Position numbers and translations under genes: made by a program
The notes under the pieces: model-generated
Told to the model about the DNA's origin: nothing
The model's input: only the letters and a program-made list of their open reading frames with translations
Database searches by the model: none
Shown here: piece by piece, positions 39,128-51,305 of the stretch
Numbering within the stretch: position 1 is the first letter of the stretch
Layout: every line of letters starts with the position of its first letter
DNA from: Candidatus Woesearchaeota archaeon
GTDB lineage: Archaea; Nanobdellota; Nanobdellia; Pacearchaeales; GW2011-AR1
Direction: 5' to 3'
Assembly (NCBI GenBank): GCA_964527365.1
Contig: CAZGQV010000003.1
Span: forward strand, 8,668 to 72,667
Length of the DNA stretch: 64,000 nt

Positions 39128-39810
39128 ATGAAAATGTATTAATTTTTGATGCAAGTTCATTAATCAGTTTAGCTATGAATGGTCTGCTTCCAGAATTAAG
39201 AGAATTAAAAAAAATATTTCCAGGAAAATTTATTATTCCTGCAGAAGTTAAATGGGAAATAGTTGGAAGACCGATAAACATTAAAAGATTTGAACTTGAA
39301 GCATTAAAATTAAATGAGCTCATAGAAAATAAAATATTAGAATCCCCTGATTCAGTTGGAATAAATGATAAAAAAATATCTGAAGAAACAACAAAATTAC
39401 TTAACATAGCAAACAATACTTTTTTTGATAGGGGACAAAAAGAAATTCATTTGATTGATTTGGGAGAAACTGCCTGTCTTGCATTATCAAAAATGTTGAA
39501 TGATAAAGGAATAAAAAACGTTTTATTAATTGATGAGAGAACAACAAGGATGCTTTGTGAAAAACCTGAAAATTTAAAAAAATTATTGCAAAAAAAATTG
39601 CACACGAGAATAGATGTAAAAAAAGAAAATTTAAAATATTTTAAAGGAATGAAGATAGCAAGATCAACTGAATTAATTTATATTGCATACAAAAAAGGAG
39701 TTGTAAGAATAAAAAATAATAAAATTTTAGATGCCTTGCTTTATGCTTTAAAATTCAAAGGTTGTGCAATTTCCACTGAAGAAATTAAAAAAATAAAAAA
39801 ATTGGGTTAA
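39124..39810 (+). CDS. hypothetical protein, possibly PIN-like; third gene of the operon
   Basis: 228 aa. The N-terminus VLIFDASSLISLA has an Asp in a PIN-like beta-strand context, with later acidic residues (IDERT). The start overlaps the upstream stop by 4 nt. Confidence 0.3.
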   Translation: MNENVLIFDASSLISLAMNGLLPELRELKKIFPGKFIIPAEVKWEIVGRPINIKRFELEALKLNELIENKILESPDSVGINDKKISEETTKLLNIANNTFFDRGQKEIHLIDLGETACLALSKMLNDKGIKNVLLIDERTTRMLCEKPENLKKLLQKKLHTRIDVKKENLKYFKGMKIARSTELIYIAYKKGVVRIKNNKILDALLYALKFKGCAISTEEIKKIKKLG

Positions 39811-42800
39811 TCAAAAATCTTTTGTATATCTGTCAAATTCATACCTCGAACTCCACCATCTTCTTCAACAATAATATCTTTCACTAATTTCTTTTTACTT
39901 TCTTGAAGCTTCAAAATCTTTTCTTCAATGGTATCTTCAGCAATCATCTTATAAACAAATACCTTATTCTTTTGACCAATTCTATGTGCCCGGTCCATTG
40001 CTTGCATTTCAACTGCTGGATTCCACCAAGGATCTATAATAAATACATAATCTGCACCAGTTAAATTGAGTCCAAGTCCTCCAGCTTTAATGCTAATTAA
40101 AAAAGCTTCAGCATCCTTCGAATCTTGAAATCCATTGACAACTTTCTCTCTATTTATTGTTTTTCCATCTAAATAAGAATATTTTAATTTCTTTTTCTCC
40201 ATTTCTTGTCTAACTAGTGTTAACATTTTTACAAAAGAAGAAAACACTAAAACCTTATGTCCTTCAGTCATAACCTTCTCAATTTCCGTAATCAAAAGAT
40301 CAAACTTCACACTTCCTCCTTCATAACTAGAATCAATCATTTTTGGATGCAAACAAATTTGACGAAGTTTTGTCAAGCCTTCCAAAATTTTCATTCTAGA
40401 TTTATTTAAACCATTTTCCTTAATGGAAGTATTAATTTCATGTCGATAATATTCTTTCCAACTTTCATAAACTTCCTTTTCAGATTCATTAAATTTACTA
40501 CGTAAAATAACTTCTGTTTTTTCCGGAAGTTCATTAGAAATAACTGATTTAGTACGACGAAGTAAAAAAGGTGATACCATTTTTTTCAAAGATTCAGAAA
40601 CTTCTTTGTCATGATTTCTTTCGATTGGCAAAACAAAATCCTCTTTAAAAAAATCATATCCTCCCAAGTAACCAGGATTCAAAAAATTAAACAAACTCCA
40701 TAATTCCATTAAATTATTTTGTATTGGTGTTCCAGAAAGAACTAATTTATTTTTACCTTGAAGAGAATACACACTTTTTGCACTAAGACTAAAAGGATTT
40801 TTAATAACATGTGCTTCATCAAGAACAACATATTCAAAAATCTTATCAGAAAATAATTCTAAATCATTTCTTAAAACGCCATAAGTTGTAATAATAACAT
40901 CATTTTTATCCATAATTTCTTTAAATTTATTATTAGAATTTTTTGTTTTTGAAGAACTCCGATTTAAACCATGATGAATATATGTTTTCAAATTTGGTGT
41001 AAATTTTTCAATTTCCCTCTTCCAATTAAATACAAGAGACGTTGGAACAATAACCAAAGAAGGAATCTTTACTTTTTCATCTTTTATTTTCTGAAGAACG
41101 CAAAGTGTTTGAACTGTTTTTCCAAGTCCCATATCATCAGCAAGAATTCCATTAAAATTAAAATCTCTCAAAAAATTAATCCAATCATATCCTTCTTTTT
41201 GGTACTTTCTCAATTTAGCATTAACTCCTTTAGAAATTTTTGTTTCTCTAATTTTTTTAAAATCCTTGAATTCTTTTATCATTTTTTTTATTTTTGGCGC
41301 TAAAGAAGCATTACGGTCAAGTTCAATAATTGAATTAAGAATAGTAATATGATTTTTAGATAATTTTAAATTATTTTTTTCTAAATTTATAAATCCTGAA
41401 AAAGCTCTCAAATTATGAATCCAGTTTTTAGGAATAACACCTTTCTTTCCTTCACCTAAATCAACAAACCTTTTATTTTTAAAAATTGAATTTAAAACTT
41501 CATCAATGGTCACTTCATCCGATCCAAATTTAACCGAACCCTTAATATTAAACCAATCATTTGACTCAGTAACATTCATTTTCATAATTGGTTTATTCTT
41601 TATAACACGAAAATTAAATATCTTTTCTTCACCTAAAACCTTTATTCCTTCAACAGAAATCAAAGGAACAGTCTTTGTTACAAAGTCAATTAAATCTCCT
41701 TCTAAAACAAATTCATCAAGCTCTTCATGTGTAACAACCGAGTAAGAATTCAAAATCTCAACCACCCTATCTTCAAATTCTAAATCTCTTTCAACATCAT
41801 ACAAAGAATTTTTCTCAATTATAATAATTTCTTTATTTTTAGAAAAATAATTTATCTCACGACCAGCATAATTAAATCTTAATTTAATTCTTATACTTGC
41901 ACCAGATTTTTCCAAATATAATTTGGCAATAGGAGACACAACTTTATTTTCCCGTTTTAAATCATCTGAAACCTTAAATTGAAACCCATCTAAAATTTTT
42001 TGATAATATTTTGAGAAAAATTTCTTTAATTCATTCTCACTAAATTCTAATTTTTTAGGGAATCTAATAATGCTTCTCACAACTTGTAAATTATCACTTT
42101 CTTGATGTCCATAAAAACACCTATTTTCAATATCAAAAACCCATAAACTTGTACTACCAATCTCCAAAAGTTTCATACGAAGTAAACTAGATTTTTTATT
42201 ACCACAAATAAAAAAAGGTTCAAGAGCATATTTCTCATTTTTTTTCTTTTTTATTTCCCAAGAAATTTTGAAATCCTCTTTATTAAAAACAGCCCCTAAA
42301 ATAATTTCTTGTTCCTCAAAATATAAATCTCTTAAAACCGGCATCATTAAATCAGTATTAACATCATAAAAACTACTTTTACTAAATCCAGCAGAAGAAT
42401 AACCCATTCCAAAATTATCTCCTTCATGCATATATGTTAATACTCGCCTAACATTAGAACTAATATTCCATTTTAAAAAATTAAAATCCCTTCCAAAAAA
42501 CTTTATTGGTGCACTATAACTCCCATTTTTTTTTATTATTCCTTTTTGAACTTTCAATAACTGCTCTCCCAAACCAAAATCTTCAAAATTAAAATAAACC
42601 ATGTTCTTTCTTTCTTCTAAATTTTTTTCTGGAAATAATTTTCTTAAATAAGCAAGTCCATTTTTTGATTTTTCAATCTCATTTTCTTTTTTTTCTTCAT
42701 CCAATTCTAAATTTTTAAAATCATTATCTTCTTTTTTTAATAATTTATAAATTAAAGTTGATCCAGCATGACTACATCCCTTACCTTTTTCACGATAAGC

Positions 42801-43058
42801 ACAATTACAAAAAGCTTCTATTTTACCGTCTACAATTTCCAAATCAACTTCATAACTTTTCTTTCCCACTTTCAATAATAAATAAACCTCATTCTTAGAA
42901 TCAAAACTATTACGAATAATTTCTAAATTATCATATTCATCAATCGCTTGTTTCCAAAATTTCTCATGAACGAACCCCAAAAAAATTTCAATCTGTTTTT
43001 TTGAAAGTCCAAGTTTAGATAATCTTCCTTCAATATCCGTATTCTTCAATTTTGCCAT
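39807..43058 (-). CDS. SNF2-family helicase/ATPase with an N-terminal SWIM zinc finger
   Basis: 1083 aa. SWIM CNCAYREKGKGCSH at the N-terminus. Helicase motif I LADDMGLGKT, motif II DEAH, and C-terminal helicase motifs through QAMDRAHRIGQ. Confidence 0.85.
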   Translation of the reverse strand: MAKLKNTDIEGRLSKLGLSKKQIEIFLGFVHEKFWKQAIDEYDNLEIIRNSFDSKNEVYLLLKVGKKSYEVDLEIVDGKIEAFCNCAYREKGKGCSHAGSTLIYKLLKKEDNDFKNLELDEEKKENEIEKSKNGLAYLRKLFPEKNLEERKNMVYFNFEDFGLGEQLLKVQKGIIKKNGSYSAPIKFFGRDFNFLKWNISSNVRRVLTYMHEGDNFGMGYSSAGFSKSSFYDVNTDLMMPVLRDLYFEEQEIILGAVFNKEDFKISWEIKKKKNEKYALEPFFICGNKKSSLLRMKLLEIGSTSLWVFDIENRCFYGHQESDNLQVVRSIIRFPKKLEFSENELKKFFSKYYQKILDGFQFKVSDDLKRENKVVSPIAKLYLEKSGASIRIKLRFNYAGREINYFSKNKEIIIIEKNSLYDVERDLEFEDRVVEILNSYSVVTHEELDEFVLEGDLIDFVTKTVPLISVEGIKVLGEEKIFNFRVIKNKPIMKMNVTESNDWFNIKGSVKFGSDEVTIDEVLNSIFKNKRFVDLGEGKKGVIPKNWIHNLRAFSGFINLEKNNLKLSKNHITILNSIIELDRNASLAPKIKKMIKEFKDFKKIRETKISKGVNAKLRKYQKEGYDWINFLRDFNFNGILADDMGLGKTVQTLCVLQKIKDEKVKIPSLVIVPTSLVFNWKREIEKFTPNLKTYIHHGLNRSSSKTKNSNNKFKEIMDKNDVIITTYGVLRNDLELFSDKIFEYVVLDEAHVIKNPFSLSAKSVYSLQGKNKLVLSGTPIQNNLMELWSLFNFLNPGYLGGYDFFKEDFVLPIERNHDKEVSESLKKMVSPFLLRRTKSVISNELPEKTEVILRSKFNESEKEVYESWKEYYRHEINTSIKENGLNKSRMKILEGLTKLRQICLHPKMIDSSYEGGSVKFDLLITEIEKVMTEGHKVLVFSSFVKMLTLVRQEMEKKKLKYSYLDGKTINREKVVNGFQDSKDAEAFLISIKAGGLGLNLTGADYVFIIDPWWNPAVEMQAMDRAHRIGQKNKVFVYKMIAEDTIEEKILKLQESKKKLVKDIIVEEDGGVRGMNLTDIQKIFD

Positions 43059-43146
43059 TAGGATACAGACAATTCACCCATTATAAATTTTTACTTTTTG
43101 ATAAGATAATAGAAAGAATATTTATAATCCACCAAATAACAATTTT

Positions 43147-43977
43147 TCAGGAACATTCAAACATATTTTTCATTTCTAAAGCCCCACCATCTTGACTATC
43201 TCTTGACTCAGAAATCAATGTTGGTTCCATTTTAAATTCTTTAATCACCGGTAAAAAATGTTGAAATTGTGGAAAAAATTCTTTTTCATAATATGCTCTA
43301 TGTTTTTTTTCACCCTTTTCATTAAACTCGACTGGATAAAAATGGCAATGTAATCTTCTAAGGGCTTTTATTCCCAAAACTTTTTTTATCTTCAAAGCAA
43401 TTTTTCTAAAATCCTCAACAGATTTTAAGCTTCCACCTCCCCTTGCATGAACATGTGCAAAATCTAGACAAGGTTCACAATCAGTTGCCTTACAAATTTC
43501 CAAAACTTCATCAACACTTCCAAACTGACTTCCCCGCCCCATAGTCTCGGGTAAAATCCTAACAGGGCCAGTGTAAATTTTTTTGACCTCCTTGATTCCC
43601 TTAACAATCCTATCTAATGGATTTTCAACATTATGATAACCAGGATGAAAAACAATCCTATCAGCCCCCATAATTTCAGCAAGCCTCAAAGTTTTAACCA
43701 TTTCATTTATAGAATTTTCAAAAGTTCCCTCTTTATCAGAAGTGAAAACAATATAGTAAGGTGCATGAACAGATAATTGAACCCCTAATTCTTTAGCTCT
43801 TTTGCCCACATATTCTGCAACTCCAGGTCGAGTTCTTGCCCCATAAGTCATCAAATATTCATAAGCATTTAATCCAATATCATGAATCCATTCTACAGCA
43901 TTAATTCTTTTCTTTCCAAATTTTGATTTAAAAAAATTCGGAGGATTTCCACTTGTTCCATATTTTATATTTTTCAT
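43147..43977 (-). CDS. TIM-barrel protein of AP-endonuclease family 2 (xylose-isomerase-like / EndoIV-like fold)
   Basis: 276 aa. The pattern ...LSVHAPYYI...IVFHPGY...HCHFYPVEF has H/E metal ligands spaced as in AP_endonuc_2 TIM barrels. It lies 8 nt downstream of gyrA. Confidence 0.4.
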   Translation of the reverse strand: MKNIKYGTSGNPPNFFKSKFGKKRINAVEWIHDIGLNAYEYLMTYGARTRPGVAEYVGKRAKELGVQLSVHAPYYIVFTSDKEGTFENSINEMVKTLRLAEIMGADRIVFHPGYHNVENPLDRIVKGIKEVKKIYTGPVRILPETMGRGSQFGSVDEVLEICKATDCEPCLDFAHVHARGGGSLKSVEDFRKIALKIKKVLGIKALRRLHCHFYPVEFNEKGEKKHRAYYEKEFFPQFQHFLPVIKEFKMEPTLISESRDSQDGGALEMKNMFECS

Positions 43978-43984
43978 TTAAAAA

Positions 43985-46543
43985 TCATTCAACATCTTCA
44001 ACACTTTCAACAACTTTAACCACATCACTAACCTTATCTCCCTCATGAAGATTCACAATTCTAACTCCTTGAGCTGCACGACCCATGACTCGGATATTAT
44101 CTAAACTAGTTCTAATAACCATTCCTTTTTGAGTTGTCAAAATTATTGAATCTGTATCTTTAACAGAAACAGTATTAACAACTTGCCCTGTTTTTTCAGT
44201 AACCTTCAAATTAATTACTCCTTTACCTGCCCTAGCAGTTTTCCTATAATCTTCAATGGCTGTTCTTTTCCCATAACCTTTTTTAGTAATTGTAAAAATA
44301 GCTTCAGTTCCAAGTACCTCTAAAGAAACAACTTTATCTCCAGGACCTAATTTAATTCCAGTTACCCCATAACTTGCACGACCCATGGGCCTTACTTCAT
44401 TAGAATTAAATCTGATTGCTTTTCCATCTTTTGTTGCTAAAGAAACTTCTTGACCTTCTTTTATTATTTCAACTCCGATCAAAGAATCACTTCCATCTCC
44501 AGGAAGATTAATTGCTTTAATACCAGAAACTCTTGGTTTTGAGAAATAATTTAATGAAATTCTTTTAATCATTCCATTCTTTGTTGCCATAATTAAATAA
44601 TCATCAAAATTCTTTACAGAAAGAACATTTGTAATTACTTCTTCTTTAAGTCCTAAAATATTTACAATTGCTTTTCCTTTACCATATCTTTCAGCTTCAG
44701 GCAAATCATATGTTTTCAACCAAAGAACCCTTCCCCTTGAAGTGAAGAACATTAAATAATCATGAGTTGAACAAGTCAATAATTGTTTTGTAAAATCACC
44801 CGTTGCAAGACCACTTCCAATTACTCCTTTCCCTCCTCGCTTTTGTTCTTTATATGTTTGAACATCCATTCTTTTTACATAACCTTTTTCGGTAATTGAA
44901 ACAACAACTTCTTTTTCTTGAACCAAATCTTTTTCAGAAATAGAACCAATAGCCCTTTTCATAACTTGGGTTCTACGAGCATCGCCATATTTATCTTTTA
45001 ATTCTTTAACTTCTTTTTTAATAATTTTCAAAACTTCCTGAATATTATCTAATATCTTTTGATATTTGGAAATATTTTTAGTTAATTCTTCTGATTCAGC
45101 TTTTAACTTACCATGTTCCATTGAAGTTAATTGCCTTAGTTTAGTTTCCAAAATTGCTTTGACTTGATTTACAGTAAAATTGAATTTCTCTTTCAATTTT
45201 TTAGTAGGTTCAGCATCATACCTCACAATTTTTATAACTTCATCAATATTATCTAATGCAGTTAATAATCCTTCAACAATTTCTTGTCTCAATTTTGCTT
45301 TTCTCAATTCATATTGCGTTCTTCTTGTAATGATAATTTTTCTATGAGAAACATAGTTTTCTAAAACATCTCGAATTCCTAAAACTCGAGGCTTTCCTCC
45401 AACCAAAGCTAAAAAACTAACATTAAAAGAATCTTGAAGACGAGTATATTTGAATAATGCATTAATAACAAATTGTGAATCGACACTTTTTTTCAATTCA
45501 ATTACAATCCTAATTTTGCCTTTATTTGATTCATCTCGTAAATCACTAATATCTCTTAATTTTTTATCCCTAACTAAAGTTGCAATTTGTGTAATTAAAG
45601 TGGATTTATTTACCATATAAGGAATTTCTGTAATAACAAGAGAATTTTTTTTCTTTCCCTCTTCAACAGAAATCTTTCCACGCATAATCATTCTCCCTCG
45701 ACCAGTTTTATATAATTCAATCATATCTCCTTGAACCTGTCCTCCCGTCGGAAAATCTGGACCTTGAACAGTGTCTTTAACTAATTCTTCAACAGTCACT
45801 TCTGGATTTTCAAGATACATGTCAATAGCATCACATACTTCACGTAAATTATGTGGGGGTATGTTTGTAGCCATTCCAACAGCAATACCAGTAGCACCAT
45901 TAAGCATTAAAGCAGGCAACTTACCTGGAAGCAAAGATGGTTCTTTTAATGAATTATCAAAATTAGGAGTAAATTCAACAGTATCCTTATCAAGATCCTC
46001 CAAAAGCTCTTCGGCAAGTTTTTCCATCTTGGTTTCAGTATATCTATATGCAGCAGCAGGATCCCCATCGATAGAACCGAAATTACCTTGGCCAAATACT
46101 AAAGGATATCTTAAAGAAAAATCTTGAGCCATACGAACCATGGCCTCATAAACACTAGAATCTCCGTGGGGATGATATTTACCAATAACGTCTCCCACAA
46201 CTCTAGCTGATTTTTTAGTTTGAGTATTTGGTTTCAAACCCATTTGTTGCATTGCATAAAGAATTCTTCTCTGTACTGGTTTCATCCCATCTTCAATTGC
46301 AGGAATTGCTCTTGAAACAATTACACTCATAGCATAATCAAGATAAGATTTTTTCATTTCAGTAGTAACTTCAGCATTAATTACTCCCTTTTCTTCGGGA
46401 AACTTAGCTCCAAAATCTTCTTCAACTTGAATTTCCCCGGGAACTTCCTCTACTTGATTCATTTGGCTTTCTTCCTTAATTTCAGAATCATCTAATTCCA
46501 TTCCTTCAATTTCCTTTTCTATTTTATTTTCTTCATCTGTCAT
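43985..46543 (-). CDS. gyrA: DNA gyrase subunit A
   Basis: 852 aa. The active-site Tyr region RYTE(T)KM, the GyrA-box-like motifs, and C-terminal beta-pinwheel repeats (GRGGKG). Confidence 0.9.
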   Translation of the reverse strand: MTDEENKIEKEIEGMELDDSEIKEESQMNQVEEVPGEIQVEEDFGAKFPEEKGVINAEVTTEMKKSYLDYAMSVIVSRAIPAIEDGMKPVQRRILYAMQQMGLKPNTQTKKSARVVGDVIGKYHPHGDSSVYEAMVRMAQDFSLRYPLVFGQGNFGSIDGDPAAAYRYTETKMEKLAEELLEDLDKDTVEFTPNFDNSLKEPSLLPGKLPALMLNGATGIAVGMATNIPPHNLREVCDAIDMYLENPEVTVEELVKDTVQGPDFPTGGQVQGDMIELYKTGRGRMIMRGKISVEEGKKKNSLVITEIPYMVNKSTLITQIATLVRDKKLRDISDLRDESNKGKIRIVIELKKSVDSQFVINALFKYTRLQDSFNVSFLALVGGKPRVLGIRDVLENYVSHRKIIITRRTQYELRKAKLRQEIVEGLLTALDNIDEVIKIVRYDAEPTKKLKEKFNFTVNQVKAILETKLRQLTSMEHGKLKAESEELTKNISKYQKILDNIQEVLKIIKKEVKELKDKYGDARRTQVMKRAIGSISEKDLVQEKEVVVSITEKGYVKRMDVQTYKEQKRGGKGVIGSGLATGDFTKQLLTCSTHDYLMFFTSRGRVLWLKTYDLPEAERYGKGKAIVNILGLKEEVITNVLSVKNFDDYLIMATKNGMIKRISLNYFSKPRVSGIKAINLPGDGSDSLIGVEIIKEGQEVSLATKDGKAIRFNSNEVRPMGRASYGVTGIKLGPGDKVVSLEVLGTEAIFTITKKGYGKRTAIEDYRKTARAGKGVINLKVTEKTGQVVNTVSVKDTDSIILTTQKGMVIRTSLDNIRVMGRAAQGVRIVNLHEGDKVSDVVKVVESVEDVE

Positions 46544-46586
46544 TTTTTATATTTATTAGCATTTATTTATTTTTTTTAAATAAACT

Positions 46587-46850
46587 TTAAGCTACTTCTT
46601 CTCCTTTGTTATCCAAATATTGCATAAATTCGTCTTCAGTTAATTCATCTTCCTTAATTTCTTTTCCCTTAAAGCCACATTTACTACATTCCCAAACACC
46701 AATTTCCCCCATCTTAACTTGAACTTCATCCGAATTGCATTCAGGACATCTACGAACCTTAAAAGTTTTAATTTTTTTTTCCTTTGATTTCTTTTCTTCT
46801 TCACCATTCAATATCCAATCTGGAGTTTTTAATTTACTTTTTTTTGCCAT
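46587..46850 (-). CDS. zinc-ribbon small protein
   Basis: CPECNSD...CSKCGF, over 87 aa. Confidence 0.35.
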   Translation of the reverse strand: MAKKSKLKTPDWILNGEEEKKSKEKKIKTFKVRRCPECNSDEVQVKMGEIGVWECSKCGFKGKEIKEDELTEDEFMQYLDNKGEEVA

Positions 46851-46855
46851 TTTAA

Positions 46856-47092
46856 TTACTCAACCTTAACAAATCTTTTAACAGATTCTCCTTTTTTGTA
46901 TTTTACACCCACATATTCACAATCTTTTTCAAAAACTTTATCTCCAACAAATTCCTCAATAGATTTTTTAAAATCCATTCCAACCTGAAAACCGCTATGT
47001 TCATTCAAATTGATATAATAAACTTCTCCACCTTCAACTTTCATAATTTCATAATCATTCCCCTTGAAATGTCTATATTTTCCAAGTTCCAT
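46856..47092 (-). CDS. DUF1653 small protein
   Basis: The likely start is MELGKYRHFKGNDYEI (the YRHFKGN signature). The track ORF 46856..47158 extends into gyrB. Confidence 0.45.
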   Translation of the reverse strand: MELGKYRHFKGNDYEIMKVEGGEVYYINLNEHSGFQVGMDFKKSIEEFVGDKVFEKDCEYVGVKYKKGESVKRFVKVE

Positions 47093-47093
47093 T

Positions 47094-48998
<1,905 letters not shown>

Positions 48999-49150
48999 TT
49001 AACCCCTCTTTTTAGTGCAATTTTATACTAAGAAAAAACAAAATTACTTTATAAACTTTTTGTCAAAAAAGGATTTTATCGACGGATTAAACTGAAAAGT
49101 AACAAACCCAACATATAAAAACTTAAATAGCTTTCGAACTTCAGAATTCA

Positions 49151-49414
49151 ATGAAAAAAGCCATGAAAATAGTTCTAATTCTTGTATTAATTTCTTTACT
49201 AATTTTAATAATTCCTGGGTTAAATTTGACAGGAAAAATAATTAATAATTCGCATTACAAATACACCAAAGCAATATGTGATGAATCAAATTATTGTGAA
49301 GATTATGTAATCGAATGTGAAGGAAAAAAAGAACCGAAACTTACTGCGACAGGATTTTCAATACAACAAGATATTAATTGGGAAGATAAGAGGGAGAGAA
49401 AAGAATATTGTTAA
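49151..49414 (+). CDS. small secreted Cys-containing protein
   Basis: A signal-like hydrophobic N-terminus, with a total length of 87 aa. Confidence 0.3.
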   Translation: MKKAMKIVLILVLISLLILIIPGLNLTGKIINNSHYKYTKAICDESNYCEDYVIECEGKKEPKLTATGFSIQQDINWEDKRERKEYC

Positions 49415-49573
49415 AGCAATAAATAAATTTGGTTTTTCTTTCGATGCATTGTAAAATAATGTATCGTATGTAAAATTTGCGATGCGTTTCTTTAGAAATG
49501 TATTGTATAAGTAAAATAAAAAATTATTTCCTTTTCTTTCGATAATGTGTTGATATTATCGTATGAAAAAACG

Positions 49574-49777
49574 TTAACGTTTCTTCTTTTTAGCTTTAAT
49601 CTTGTTCTTGGGATTAAATTTTAAATGAGTGGGCAACCACCTAACTTTTCTACGACCAAGAAGCATATTTTTTTTACATTTAGAAGAACATAAAGTATTT
49701 ACAGTTCCATCTTTCATAATCAAAGTTAATCCTCTTGGAAATTCATAATTACTTTCACAATAAACACATTTAGGCAT
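49574..49777 (-). CDS. rpl24e: 50S ribosomal protein L24e
   Basis: CVYCESNYEFPRGLTLIMKDGTVNTLCSSKCKKN zinc ribbon, typical of L24e. Confidence 0.8.
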   Translation of the reverse strand: MPKCVYCESNYEFPRGLTLIMKDGTVNTLCSSKCKKNMLLGRRKVRWLPTHLKFNPKNKIKAKKKKR

Positions 49778-49971
49778 TTAATCCACCTCGACTCATTTTA
49801 TAACAAGGAGCAAAAGAATCACAACTTCCCAAATTCTTTTGAACTAAACTAATATAATTAACGAAAGTTCCATATCCTTGATCTTTCTTAAAATATTTAA
49901 CAGTCATTTTATCAAGTTTCTCATTTCCAGAAATTTTTCTTTTTCTAATTAATTTGGGTAAACTTTGCATT

Positions 49972-50247
49972 TTAACTATAACTTCCTTTTGTAACATTAG
50001 ATTTAATTCTTCTAGCTTCAATTTCAGTTTCTCTAAGCATTAAAACATCTCCAATCTTAACTACACCACGAACATTTCTTCTCATAGAACGTCCAATATC
50101 TTTACCTTCTTCAACTAAACATTTAACTTGAGTAATTTCTCCCCTAAAACCAGTTCTTCCAATTAATTCCTTAACAGTAGCTGGAACAATTTGTCCAATA
50201 ATACTAACTCTTTCTTTTTTCTGTGTGGGTTTATTGTCTTTTGCCAT
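49972..50247 (-). CDS. rps28e: 30S ribosomal protein S28e
   Basis: IGRTGFRGEITQVKCLVEEGKDIGRSMRRNVRGVVKIGDVLMLRETEIEARR. Confidence 0.85.
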   Translation of the reverse strand: MAKDNKPTQKKERVSIIGQIVPATVKELIGRTGFRGEITQVKCLVEEGKDIGRSMRRNVRGVVKIGDVLMLRETEIEARRIKSNVTKGSYS

Positions 50248-50289
50248 TTTTAATTATAATAAATTTCTAAATAAAGATTTATGAAATAT

Positions 50290-50589
50290 TTATTTAATTT
50301 GAGCTATATCTTTATCTGCTTCACCAGCATCAATAACAGCTATAGAAGAAGCCTTAACTGGTAAACCTACAGCAATCCCTAATTTTTGCTTGTTATCTGC
50401 CATCATACAAGGAATTCCTTTTTCCTTACATAATACTGGAATATGAGCCACAATTTCTTTTGGTTCAACATCACCAGCATAAGCCACAAACTTTGCAGTT
50501 CCTCGCTCAATTGCTTTTGTCACTTCGTTAGTACCTTTCTCTATCTTTCCTGTTCTTTTTGCTTTTTCAACAATTTGGTATACATCCAT
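50290..50589 (-). CDS. rpl7ae: 50S ribosomal protein L7Ae (kink-turn binding)
   Basis: GTNEVTKAIERGTAKFVAYAGDVEPKEIVAHIPVLCKEKGIPC. Confidence 0.9.
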   Translation of the reverse strand: MDVYQIVEKAKRTGKIEKGTNEVTKAIERGTAKFVAYAGDVEPKEIVAHIPVLCKEKGIPCMMADNKQKLGIAVGLPVKASSIAVIDAGEADKDIAQIK

Positions 50590-50779
50590 TTTTCTTATTT
50601 TTCGTCACGTTTAATTTATCCGAAAGCTCCACCCATTTGTAACTCACGGGCTGAATAGAAATTTACATTTCTTCATTTGAACCTTTGTTCATCGGATATG
50701 AATATTGACAAATTTTACTTTATAAAACTTCCTATGAAAATATCTAAATATTTAAATATCTCCAATAAATTCAAATTTT

Positions 50780-51283
50780 ATGAAAATAAAACATAAACAA
50801 ATTTATTTTCCAGTTTGGAAAGGCAATATAAGAAAAAAAATAAATTCCTCAAATAGAATAATATTTGCAAAAATGCAAATATTTAGTAAAGCAAATAGCA
50901 AGGAGGATCATTTCACAACTTTGGCCCCTTGCATAGGCATTTTATTTTATAATTTAAAAAATAAAGAAAGTTATATTATGCATGAACCATACACAACAAA
51001 ATCAAATTTAGTATCAAAAATTATCCAAATAAAAAAAGATTGGAAAATTCCATTGAAAAAAATAACTGTTAATTGTTATGGGGGATCTGAAACAAACTAT
51101 GTTCCACCAAATAGGGGAAACAATCAATTAATTTCAAAAGAAAAACAATATGCTGAAAAAATATTAAAAAAAATATTTCCGGAAAAAAATTTATCTTTTG
51201 ATTGGGCTAAAAATGATACAATTACTTCATTTTATTTGGATAAACAAAAAGAGACCCAACACATTTTTTCTCAACACTTTTAA
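50780..51283 (+). CDS. hypothetical protein
   Basis: 167-aa ORF. Confidence 0.3.
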   Translation: MKIKHKQIYFPVWKGNIRKKINSSNRIIFAKMQIFSKANSKEDHFTTLAPCIGILFYNLKNKESYIMHEPYTTKSNLVSKIIQIKKDWKIPLKKITVNCYGGSETNYVPPNRGNNQLISKEKQYAEKILKKIFPEKNLSFDWAKNDTITSFYLDKQKETQHIFSQHF

Positions 51284-51305
51284 AAAATCATTAAATTAGA
51301 CAAAA

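Noticed and set aside
49770-50021. 83-aa minus-strand ORF between the S28e and L24e genes
   Set aside because: It overlaps the 3' end of S28e in another frame. Only a roughly 66-aa portion, starting at an internal Met, would fit the 195-nt gap, and it has no recognisable motif. This is possibly a real small protein, but the evidence is too weak.
50590-50780. Divergent intergenic region between L7Ae and ORF 50780 with a slightly GC-richer segment (ccgaaagctccacccatttgtaactcacgggctgaatag)
   Set aside because: It contains a CUGA and weak box-C-like sequences, but no convincing C/D or H/ACA architecture. It most likely holds the two divergent promoters.
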